From: Nageia nagi
Taxonomy: Eukaryota > Plantae > Pinophyta
NCBI GenBank assembly: GCA_050084985.1
Contig: JBITNC010000001.1
Location: forward strand, 190,836,001-190,900,000
DNA length: 64,000 nucleotides
Reading direction: 5' to 3'
Under the pieces are notes generated by a model that saw nothing but the letters and a program-made list of their open reading frames with translations, ran no database searches and was not told the DNA's origin. Each line of letters starts with the position of its first letter. Position 1 is the first letter of the stretch. Positions 12,301-24,300 of this stretch are shown one piece after another. The position numbers were made by a program, and so were the translations under genes.

Positions 12301-15300
12301 AAGAGATTGGAGAGTGATTTTAAGCAGCTGTAATTTACCTGCTTGGCTCTAAAAAGTCACTTTCCAACCAACCAGTTTTCATTGAAAGTTGTCCAATAAA
12401 GGATCCCAAACACTATTCTTACATGAACCTGTAAACAGAGGCATTCCAAGGTAAACTGTAGGAGAGAGCTAACATTACAGCCCAAAATACCTGCAATTTT
12501 TCTTTGTTATGACTGACAACCTAAGAGAAGGTGAGTTATAATATGAGTAAGGCCTATCTTAGTTGGTTATTGGAGACAACATATAGAAGGCCTAACTCAT
12601 ATTCATAACATCGGAAGTAAACTTGGGATGGTGAGAATATAGCTGTGTACATGACATTGATGTATAAACTTTCTCTTGCCCTCTTTCAACCTCATTTTGT
12701 AACAGAAATATAAATCACATGACTAAATGTGGACCTTTAACTTTTAAGGACAGTGGGGAGACTTTTTTAACAGTAGTCTTTTTAAATCCTTGGTTTGCAC
12801 TTGTTTTCTACTTCTTTATTTTATGGTACAACAAACTGTATAATTGTTTCAGTGCAAGCCTTTTGTAGTTGATTCATACTGCAAAATTGTGAGACTCCAT
12901 GTTAATTCTGAGAGCAAACATGGTTTGTGTTCTCTTCCAAGTTGTTAAGCAGAACTCTTTCAGCTAAAACTCCTATTGGGATAGGGAACTGTTTTCTTTT
13001 GCCCCTTCTTTGAATGTGGCAACTATATTTGGTAAAGTACTTCTTATTAAAATTGCCTGTATGTATGTATGTATGTATATATGTGTTAGGTCATGAACTT
13101 ATCCATAATTTGAGATGTGGGATGGCTGAACTCCAGCAGATATAAACTTGTACAGGATGGCTTGGTTCCCTTTTTGGTCATCATGTAGTTTTGGGTTGGC
13201 GTTATGAGGGCCTCAGATGAAAAACGCAAGGCTTCTAGTACTGCATTTTCTGTAGTAATTTCCTTTAATCATCAGTTATGAGAACTCTATACGCATAAAT
13301 CTACTTTTTAGTGTAAAGAGAAGGGAAACGAAAAAAATTGAAAAATGATAATGGGTTTTGGGCCTTTGGCAATCACTTAAAATTAAGTTTTCCTTTCTTA
13401 GTTTGGTTTGTTCTTCTATGGAGTTATCATGAACGATTATAATATATATCTTTGATAAACACCAAATGAACTCTGATAGTCTTTCTTCTTATCCTAAACA
13501 TATGTTATTTGCAGATATGAGCCCAATACAGTTGACCTTGGGAATCCTAGTGAACTGCAGTAAGTGTACATGTTTAAATTAGTGAAAACAATAATGATTA
13601 AATTATTCAACCCTTGCTCACGAGTTTCATATGTTAATGGCATTCCATATTTTCACTACACTGAATTGTAACAAACTACATTGTATTTGAATTTTTGCAG
13701 GTACTGGTTCACAATATTGTCTGAGCATTTGCCTGATTTGGTCGACAAGGCATGTGTTACTCTACACTTGCTATGAAATTCTACAAGAACTATATCTAAA
13801 TAAATTCTGAATGTCAGGAAATATATTTCTTTTGTTGTACACAAAAGCTTTATATCAGTTTAAAGCCTCAATATTAGGTAAAATTGTAACCAGCTTTGGA
13901 AGCATAACACTAAGGAAAGTTAGGTTAAATTATATTAATGTCCTTGGGAGACTAACTTGATCTATGGGATGGTGGGCCAGTACATAACGTGCATATAGCA
14001 TTTATTTCATCTTAGAGGGATTTGGAACCTCAGACTGCCTGTACAACAGGTCAGGTCCTTTACCATCTCCCGACACAGCTAAAGATGGTGCTAAATTGAG
14101 AATATCATTGTAGCTACATCAGTAATGATTGTCTTCTAGAGGCAGGCTGTACATTATTTTCTTCAACTTATTCTTAACTAATCTTCTTGTCACTTAAATA
14201 GGCAAGATGGGCCAGAATTCTTATACCTTTCAAGTGTCTTTTACTTCTTGGAACGGGTCATCTAGGATCTAGAGACGTGATGGACATAAACAAATCATTG
14301 ACTTTCTTAGTAGAGGTTCTTTGTCCTTGATTGATAGGAGATACTAATACCTGGGATGGAAGGTGACCTACCGTAGAGCACCACACACTACTTGTTCGGG
14401 CTATGAATTGCAGCCCACTCTATCTCCTCCATACTTCTAACTCTTTTAGGCCCACTTCTTGGGTTGGGATATTATGTAGCCACTTTTGTTTCTTTTACTT
14501 TTTTCAGTTAAGTGCCTTTGGCCTCTCAGATTTTGTCATTGCTGTATATATTTTGCAGTCCCTTTGGCCATTTTTGTTTCCCTGAGGATATTAATAATAT
14601 TTCATTTCATTTCTATTCCCTGTTCCATTAAGCTGTCAAAATATTGGTTCCAAATTTTAATAAAAAGGAAAAGCTTGTTGAGGTCAATTTAAATAAAATA
14701 GTGGTTCCAAATTGATTCGATTTTTTTTTTTAATTACTACTCGTTCGTATCTGTGATTGAGCCTTGTTCTGGCCAAGGTGGTGATATTTTCCTGGGCGAA
14801 CATATGATGTGTGGTGGAACACAGCAGAGGCAGCAATCCCTTCCTAAAGTGACAATTACTTTCACACTTCAATGCTATTGTTTGATGTTTTCTTCTGAAA
14901 ATTTCCTCTAACCTTCGATGCAAGCTCCAATCAAGGTTCCTGTATCCTCTGCTGCTTAAAGTTTAGTATATTTCAAATATTCAATAATTTTCAAATGTAG
15001 GGGCCCATTTCTTATGGTATATCTTACAACATTGAATATATCTAAAGATTTGCACAAAATATAATAATTGTACACATAATTTATCTGCATAAAAGATGTA
15101 TTATAGGCAGAAAAAAGTTGGAATGTTATCATATTTCTTGGTATAGCAGTAAAGGAAGATATCCCACAGGAAAGTAGTATAGTTTGGCGTGTGATATGTT
15201 TAATTTAGTATGTAAACATCCTTTTGAGATTAAGCAAAATTTGATTTGTTGATTAGAACTTGATATTTTAATTGCTTTGAGCAAAACAATTTCAATTATT

Positions 15301-18300
15301 AGCCAAGAAAGAAAGAAGATATATTAATGTCCACATGTGACCAAAAGCAGTCAATGGGACTAGATGTACAAGAGTGGTAAAATAGCAAGACAGGCTCCTA
15401 AAAGGCCCACCCTAAAGCTAAAATCTAATAAAATAAACCCAACACAAGCAATACAATAAGGGGGTCAAAACCCTAAATGAGGCATATAACATGCCATAGA
15501 TTGGTCAAAAAGAGACCACCTTCAGTCTTGTTAAGGAAGAGGTGTGTGTGTGCTTTCGATTGCACGATCAGGGAGAGAGCTTGTTACTCACTTTGGGGAG
15601 CTTGTTACTCACTTTGGGCAGTGTTTGTGGCGATGTTGCTGGAGATGAAGAAGGACGAGATCTGACAAGTCCCCATAGGAGCTATGGTGTCTTGTCGGTG
15701 TTGTTTGATGCAACATGTAGGATGAGAAGGGTCATCTTTCCATCTCTTATGGGCTCTCTCAACTAAAGAGGCTTGAAAGAAGGATGTGAAACAACAAACT
15801 CCTATTGGGTGTTGGGTATGATATAAGAGATGCTTCCGGAGAAGGACGGTCTCTTGAATGTAGAGAGCTACAAATTGTTGGTCGGAATACTAGAATAAGG
15901 TAGATAGCGAGCTGTGTGAGTCACAAAAGAGACAATGATATCGACCTTGGGTCTCATAATAAATTGAGCATCAAAAGATGAAATGGTTTTGGGACTCAAA
16001 CTCAAGCTAGCACAAAAAATAGACTCGTAGGTCACTAGCTAGATGGTGATTTGTTTCAATCCTCAGTTGATATAAGAAACCCAAAATTGTCCAAGAAACA
16101 TCCTCAACCCAAGAGGTATGTGCAAGTTGATGTACCCAAGGGAAGATCAACCCCCTGTCAATCTAGATAAAATGTTGAGAATAGTGAGCCAACTTGGTCA
16201 TGAGGGGGATGCTAGGGAGTGACCCTAGTGGTTTGGATGGAGGCCCTATAAATTGTCTCTTGGATCGATGCCAGTGCGTCCACTAGGGATCTAGGAAAAC
16301 CCCCTTGGAGTGTAGGTAGCCTGTCGTGAGAGAAGCCATAATCAGTAAGTCCCGAGTCCGAGTCAGCTGGGACGAGTCTTGGTAGTTCGAACTCGCGAGT
16401 TTCGGCGAGTTTGGCAAGTTTTGGCAAGTTTGGACCATTTTGTATTGTGAACTTCGAAGTTTTAACATTTTGATGAATATAAACATATGCCCCTTCCTAT
16501 TCACCTTTTCTTGTTCGTAATTGTGTATATTGTAAATTATATAATGTTGATGTTGAGTAAGTAGGCTTCTAGAAGACACTAATAGCAGTAATAAGTAATA
16601 TGCAATTGAAAAAACTTGTGTTCTTAGTGAAAATATACATATTTTTTTATCTTTTTGTTTTGCCAAGTTTGGTCGATTTTTTTGCAGAGTCCTGAGTCTC
16701 GGGTCCGAGTGGGCCTCGGCGAGTCCGAGCTGAGTCTGAGATTTACTACTATGGTTGGAGCACCTCAGAGACATTGAAAATCTTGCATCGATGACAATCT
16801 TGAGCATCGATGTAGTCAAGGCCCTCGAAGGAAGTCTATTTGCATTCCCCATAGGATCTACTAGATTATGTAGACAACAAAGAAAAAGGTCTAGTGAAGC
16901 AATGATCCACACTTACAGAGGCTGGTAGCCGAACTCTACAAGCATGATAAGGTGAAGAACCATCCTCTTGCTATGAATGGAGTGAGATAATGTACCAATG
17001 TGGATCCTCTCTATTGTGGCCCAATCTATTGCACTCAAGTTTGGCCCCCAAATCTTAGCCCCATATAGCATTGTGGGGCTAACTAGGGTTTGGAAAAGAT
17101 GATGTTTGGATAGGATTTCTAGAGAATGAAGTTGAATGCATTGTCTTAAGTGTAGAGACCGTCACGTAGCCTCTCCGTACTCTAGGCAGAGTTTCCATCC
17201 TCATGGAGAATTTGGACCAGATAAGAGCACTCCCAGGTAAGTGTAGGAGGTGGTGGTCTTGACGTTACTATCATGAAAGGTGATATGAGTCTAGTCTATT
17301 GTGGTCTTGGAAACATTGAAAGACAAGTCCTTAGTTTTGCTAACATTCACCACTAGCTCTTGCCTAGTAGTGGAAGAGTCTAAGGCATCCATCATACTAT
17401 GTAGACCTTTTACCATGTGAGAAAGTGTTGTGCTCGCACAACACATCCCAATTTTTTTGCAAATTTTGAGGATCCTTCTTTTGCAAAAAAGGAGTCCTAT
17501 CTTTGACAAAGATGAAGTAGAGTGTGTAAAGAGAAATTCCAAGTTATTTCAAAAGCATGTTGTCCAAAATATTGCGAGATTTTGGGGTGTGTTGTGAAAG
17601 TCACAACACTATGTAGTCAAATTTGTCAATGGGTGTCCTTGGTAAGCTCAGGTTGTCATGAATGAAGTGTAGAACTGTCTCAGTAGGGTTGTTACTAGGA
17701 GCTAAACCTCAGATGCGAAGGTTGAGGGCTTTGGATTGTCTACATTTCTCTTCATCAAAATTCTTTTTAGCCGCTAAAACTATAAGGGGTGTTGGTTTGA
17801 AACCATGATCTTGAACTGCATCCACCTATTGTGCCTGCACAATACACCCCAAAATACAAAATTTTGGGGACCCTATTTTTGCAAATCTGGAGACCCACTT
17901 TTTGAGCAAGACAGTGAAGGGAGTCGACCTAGATGATAGGGGATTGATCATGAGTATTCAGAAACAATTGATACTACTAAAGATGGTGCACAAAGGCTAT
18001 TTATGGGACATTGTGAGATAGTTCAGTGTGCTAGACTATCAATTTTATAGCTTTCAGGATTCCTAACTCCAAAGGGTGGTGTTTCTAAGCGGTGAGCACA
18101 ACTTTGAAGATAACGGGAGTACTTTTGCTCTTGGAAATGGTCAAGGGTTGATTCAAGCAGTTTTAAAGAATGATATCATGAAATTATATAAATAACAAAT
18201 ATCCATTGGGACTCCCAAGGGAATTCAGGATGTTCAGTCACCAGACTGTGGCTTGTCAAGGATGATCAAGTGATGAAGACATGCACCCAGTAAGAAAGAC

Positions 18301-21300
18301 AAGGTATGGATTCATGGCAAATCCAAGGTTTGGCAACTCAAGATCATAGACAAGTCAAAATGAGACACATTTAGTCTTGGAACTTCTCAGTTTCGATCAA
18401 AGGCGCTCCCTAGGGGAACAAATGAAGAATTTGAGGTCTTAATACCTCCAAGAGATGTGGAATTGAGCTTAGATAGAAAAGATGAGGTTTTTCATACAAG
18501 TTTGATAAAAAATGTGAGAATACCCTTTAGAAGGCCTTGGAAAAAGAGTAGTGTTTAGGCTTGAAATTTTTTGAAATGGAGGTAAATTGCACAACAGGTG
18601 GGTAGGCATTGGTTTTCTACTTTTCCTTGAAAAATAAGAAAAAGAGAAAATCCCAAATCTCATCACCCTTTTGCACTTCAAATTTGACATTTTCTAAGTG
18701 AAAAATCCAAGACATGGGTGTTATAGAGCATGCAAAATCATGCACTTTTGCTCAAGGAAGCAACCAATTTGGATCAAGCCTCCACCCTTCACCCTTAGGC
18801 GCACATTTTCTATATTTTCTAAGCAATGGAAAAAATAGTAAACCTGCGCCTAGCCAAAAGGGGGTCCAAAATTGGTCAAAATACGAAAATTCAAGCATGA
18901 GGTGTATAATTGAATTCTACATCAAATTGGTCTTAGAAGCATTCCAATTGGACAAGTATTTCACCTCCAAATCAAGAAAACACCTCCCTAGACCTCAAGC
19001 AAGAGAAAACATAGAAAAGAGGGCAGCCAATGGGAATGCACCAAAGTTTCTCAAAATTTGGATTTGATATTTAAAGACATGGATCCCAAGGAAAGGAAAA
19101 TTTAAGCACATAGGCCTTGAAAATTTCAAAAACTGAGTAAAATTATCCAAATGGGAGGTAGGTGTAGGTTTTCTACTTTTTTCCCTTGAAAATAGAAAAA
19201 AGAAAATAGGGAAAATCTCAAATCTCATCACCATTTTCATTTCAAATTTGAGATTTTCTAAATCAAAATTCCAAGACATGGGTATTGTTGGAACTCCAAA
19301 ACTAGACACATTTGCTCTTGGAATTCTCCAAAATACCTCAAGGGCACCCATCTATAAGGTAGGCATAGGTTTTCTATTTTTTCCCCTAAAAAGAGAAAAT
19401 CCCAAACCCTTTGCACTTCAAATTTGAGATTTTCTAAGTCAAAAATCCAAGACATGGGTGTTGTGGAGCATGAAAAGTCCATCAAATTGCCTTTGCAACT
19501 TCCAAATTGCATCAAAGCTCCTTCCTCCCATGTTAGGCGCTTGTTTCCTACTTTTTCCCCTTGAAAATAGAAAAAAGGAAAATAGCTCATCTTTTGCACT
19601 TCAAATTTGAGATTTTCTAAATCAAAATTCCAAGACATGGGTATTGTTGGCAACACCAAGTTAAGCCTTTTAAACCTTGGGAACATTGCCAAAAGATCAA
19701 CATACATTATTGAGAGAGAAGAGTTGTCTGTTCATCACCAAAATACAAGCAAAAAGCCTCGAAAATGCCCCATTAAGAGGAAAATGAAAAAATCCAACGC
19801 CTATAAACCCCAAATCCTCTCAAAACTTGGAAAATGCCTTATTAATCCATCCCTCACCCATCCATGGCCTCAAAATCACATTGTAAAAATTTTCCAAAGT
19901 CCACCCTCTATTTTTTGAGAAAATAGACCAAAAAATCCACTTTTTTGGAAAATCTTCTTAGAATTGCTTGAAAATTTGACAAAATGATCACATGCAGGGC
20001 AAATCTAGATTGAAAGAAAGGAGGAGCTCAAAAAACTCATGGACGAATCCAGAATGATGATTTGAAGCTCCAAATTTTGCCAAATTGATTCAAAATGCCT
20101 CAAGATCTATGCCAAAAGGGATCAATTTGTGTAAATGATCCAATATTTGGATCCTTACAGTATTTAGTATCGACATGTTCAATGTGTTTTGTTCACGTCA
20201 GCTTTTCGACTCTTCTTTCTGATCGAAAATCCAATTCAGTTTGAGGGAGATATGTGATTTCTAAGTTTGGGTATTTTTTTATTAAAAAATACAAGAGGCA
20301 CTAAAAAAAAAGTAATTTTTCAAGTTCCTATTTATGTTTATTTTATTACATCATGTTGTAGAGCTCATTGTCCTCTTTCCGACACTTTTTACAGTTTGTG
20401 AAACCGACTTCGTGATCAAAAGTTATTGCATTTTGAAGTATGCAAATTTTTTAATGAAATGGGGGGCGTTTGGAGGCCAAATTGCATGGGGCATTTTGGA
20501 GGCCAGATTGCAAGCTACCAAGTGGCACCATTCTATTGGATCCGCCCAATTTCTTGATATTTGCATGTTTCTAAGGTGTTTTATTTTTTTATTGGCTTAA
20601 AGTCCTATTTTTGGGCTGAAGCTATTTTGTAAGCCTGTAACACTCCAGAGAGTGTGATTTCTCTTGTTTGGAAGCTTATATTAGGAGTTTTTTGTAACCA
20701 TTTGAGCTCAAATCTGATTTTCGGATAGATGAGCCAAATGGGTATCCAAATATGGTGTTTTTGTTATTTTTCCTAGTTGTAAAACCCTCCAAATTTGATC
20801 CCAAAAATTGTATAAAAAGGGAGCAAATTGGACGCGTTGGGAGAGGAAGCTTGTTGGAGAGTATAGTTAAGTTTTGTGGTGTTTTTCAGAGCTAAAAGTG
20901 TGTATGTGAATGTGAGGAGAGGTGCTGGAGATTGTGGACGTCTTCTGTACTTGAATTCCACCCATTGTTGAAGAGAGCTTTTGTTGTTGGATGTAGCCCA
21001 CATTGGGTGAACCAGGATAAAACTTGCTTATCTGTGTGTGTTTGGAGTTCTATTTTTCTTCTCTGGTTTTGCATATATGCTCTCTAATTTTTCCTTACAA
21101 GCACTTAATGAGATTTGAGTGTGGAATGATCTTGGTAGAGAATTAATATAAAATTTTAATTCTAAGGTTTATGGATCAGTAAACAATTTGTTTTCAAGCA
21201 TATTTAATGGGATGAGTGTTTTTTCTCCCACTAAACGAAGTTGTAATCTCAATTTGGCATTCAAATTAGCATTTATTAGTATTTTAGATTTTTCAAAAAA

Positions 21301-24300
21301 TATCTAAAAAAGTCTATAAATAGACCCTTATTAGGAGAGCCCATTTTGTGAGAAAAAGTGAAACTTTTGTGAAAGAGGAGCAAATTGATGTATTTTTGAC
21401 TAACTCTTTTATGAGCTATATACAAAGTGGTTAAGGCAAAGATCGAGCTTGATTTGTCATTTGTGGTGTTGTGAATTGACCCTTAAGGGCTATCTTCGTT
21501 GGTTTGACACTTTCGCATCTTGCCTTTGAAACCTCACGAGTTTTAGGGAAAATATCATTGCATTATCTTTCTTAAGTGTTTGAAACTAGTTTTGGATAGT
21601 TGCTTAATTCATAACACACACGTTAAATGAAGTATTCTGAATTTGTTTCCTGTTTTATGATAACAAATTAGGAATTTCATTCAATCTCTAATTCTTCCCA
21701 CGTTCTTCCACCATGTCCATTTGATTGTTCGCAATTAGCCACACTTCCTGCTTCTCTTTGGAACAACTTGGACAATAGTTGTTTGTTTGCAAATTTGGAT
21801 GAATTGGATGAAATCCCCTTAACTGATTCGAAAAGTATTTGTTTCCATCTCACAAGTGTAGTTTCTCACTTTCTAGTATTGCCTTTATGCTTTCTTTATG
21901 CTTTCATTTATTCTTTTAAAAACGAAATACAGTCTTTAAGTCGAAATACAGTCTTTAAGTCCATACACAAATATTATGAACAAATTCTATATAAAAAAAG
22001 TTGGTTAACAAGTGACCGTCTCTAAAAATTCCACTCAGACTGATTCCAAAGAGAGATACTACACAAGTAAGATATCACTATGCAAAGACATTTGTACAAG
22101 CATTGTATTTTGCTTTGTAGATTACCTACAAACATTAGAGTGTTGAGTAGGAGTTTTGACAAGAGCCTTGGAGGTAGACAATCCTTTTCAAGTGAGGGAA
22201 TTGGTAACTCTTTCTAAATTAAGATGGTGAGAGGCCTAAGCCTACGGTGATTTAGAGATTATCACGAGAAAGAAATACTTCCCAACATTGCCCATGTACG
22301 TTGTATTTGTATCTTCTCTACAAGAGAAGCATGTGTTTCTTTGCTTGCAAGAATCTCACCTTGAATAGAAGAGAGTTTGGTTTGAAGGGTGGCAAGAGAT
22401 GGTCTAGAATGGAAAACAACCAAGTTTATGATGAGCGAGGAGAGAGAGGAGGTGTCCACCTCCACCTCCTTGGAGCACCTTTCTAGGGCTAATAACTACA
22501 CTTAAAATCCGAGAATGAAAGATTGTTGTTTAGCTGTTGTAGTGACAAGGGAGGTAACTTGTTCAACGAGCTTGTAGTTTAGCCTTTCAAGTTGAGAAAC
22601 TTGTTGGTTCAAGGTGAAGAACCAAAAATGGAGGCTGGGACATCTTTTGTAGGATTTGCATCAGTTAACTCACCCTCTTGGTATTGGAACATTCCTCCAT
22701 CCTCAGCTCCCATGAAAAAATACAACAAAGTTAACCACTTTTTTTCATTGTGTTTAGAATATCCATCCATCCTTTTTATTGGTGCTTGGTCTAATTCTCC
22801 TTTGTCTCACTAGATCTAGGTTTGCCACTATATGAGCAATATTACCACAATCTTTGTTGTTTTATTTATGATGACCATTCCTCCTATGAGTCCTTTTAGT
22901 ATTAAGTTATGGCCAACATTTCTTGAGTGCAAGATTCTTGGAGATCCTTTATTTCAAGCAACCAATGTTGTTGTATGGACCATAAGAGAAGCTATACTCT
23001 AAGACCTACCCTAACCTCCAATTATAGCCTATTCTCTTTTTGTTTCTTAGTGCATTGTCAAGTATGATACTCAACTATAGGGGAAGTGGATGGTTAGTGA
23101 AGATTGGTTTAGAAGAATGCAAAGGAAGTTGTCTTGTGAGGTGGTGGTTGTTGTTTTAAGTTTAACCATAATTTAGAAATATGTCATATATACATGTATT
23201 TTCTAAAACGTGTATTTATATATCTTAGATATTTATAGCAAAAAAGCTTTGTATTATAATCCCATATTTTTCATGGCATATATGCATTATAAATACTCCA
23301 AAAAATACGTATTTTTTGCAAAAAGAAAACGTAATTGTCTTAAAGCGAATAAAATGCATATTCTTCAGTGAGTATATACGTGAAAAAAATGCAAAAGAAA
23401 AAAAAAAACATAATATGCCAACAGATAGGGGCAAAATGTTTAAATGGAGAAAATGAAATTTTGTGGGTCATTTATTTGTGTCGGCTTGGGAGAGGGGAGA
23501 GTGGAGCTTTGTGGAGCATTCTTGAAGTCTTGAAGGTGCATTTCGTGATTTGAAGAGGTTAGAGGCTACATTTGTCCACCATGGGGAAGATTGTTCATTT
23601 TCTTTCATTCTATGGTCTAGATTTCAAGATGCTTGGAGAGGTGGATCCATTTTGGCAGTGTGTAACACCATTGGAGGGCAATGAGGGTTGGTCATGGAAG
23701 CTAAAATGTAACCTTTGTAAAAAAGTTAGCTCTAGAGGGATTACCAAGTTCAAAGCCCATATGACATACATTTTGTAGATGACTTTTTTATTTCATATCT
23801 TTTTGTATATTGATGTTATGATTGATGAATATGAACTATGATCCTTTTATTTCATATGCTATTTTTAGGGTTTCCAAAATAATTTGAGTAGAATGCTTTT
23901 CTAAATCCCCAAAATTTTATAATAGGAAATTTTGTCACCCAATTAACTATAGCATAAAAAAGTGTAATTATAATATTTAAACAAGGCAGGCATAGATTGA
24001 TTTCATTTTTTGGGCTCATTTTTCGTTTTCCCTCCCTTGGCTTACCTCCTTTGTCGTCTTCATGCAAGGTCTCATATAATGATTTGTTTGATTAATATAT
24101 ATCTTAGTAATATAATATAATAAAATTCTTTTATTAATATAGATATTAATAGTAATATAATAAAATAATCAATCCTTAATAATAGGTAAACAAATATAAT
24201 GTAAGTTACATAATACACAACCTAATATTCTGCTCAATCAAATGCATATATAATTTTAAATTTTATGAATAAGCTTATTTTGTGAATAAGCCTATGTAAC

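Larger units (their letters stand above)
15400..23100 (-). mobile_element. Degenerate LINE (ORF1 + RT/ORF2 C-terminus), internally deleted and interrupted by several insertions
   Basis: ORF1-like TWADAV...[16 protein letters not shown] reads across the 17827-22287 insertion. RT-like [32 protein letters not shown] and [18 protein letters not shown] lie left of 17426. Ends approximate. Confidence 0.75.
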
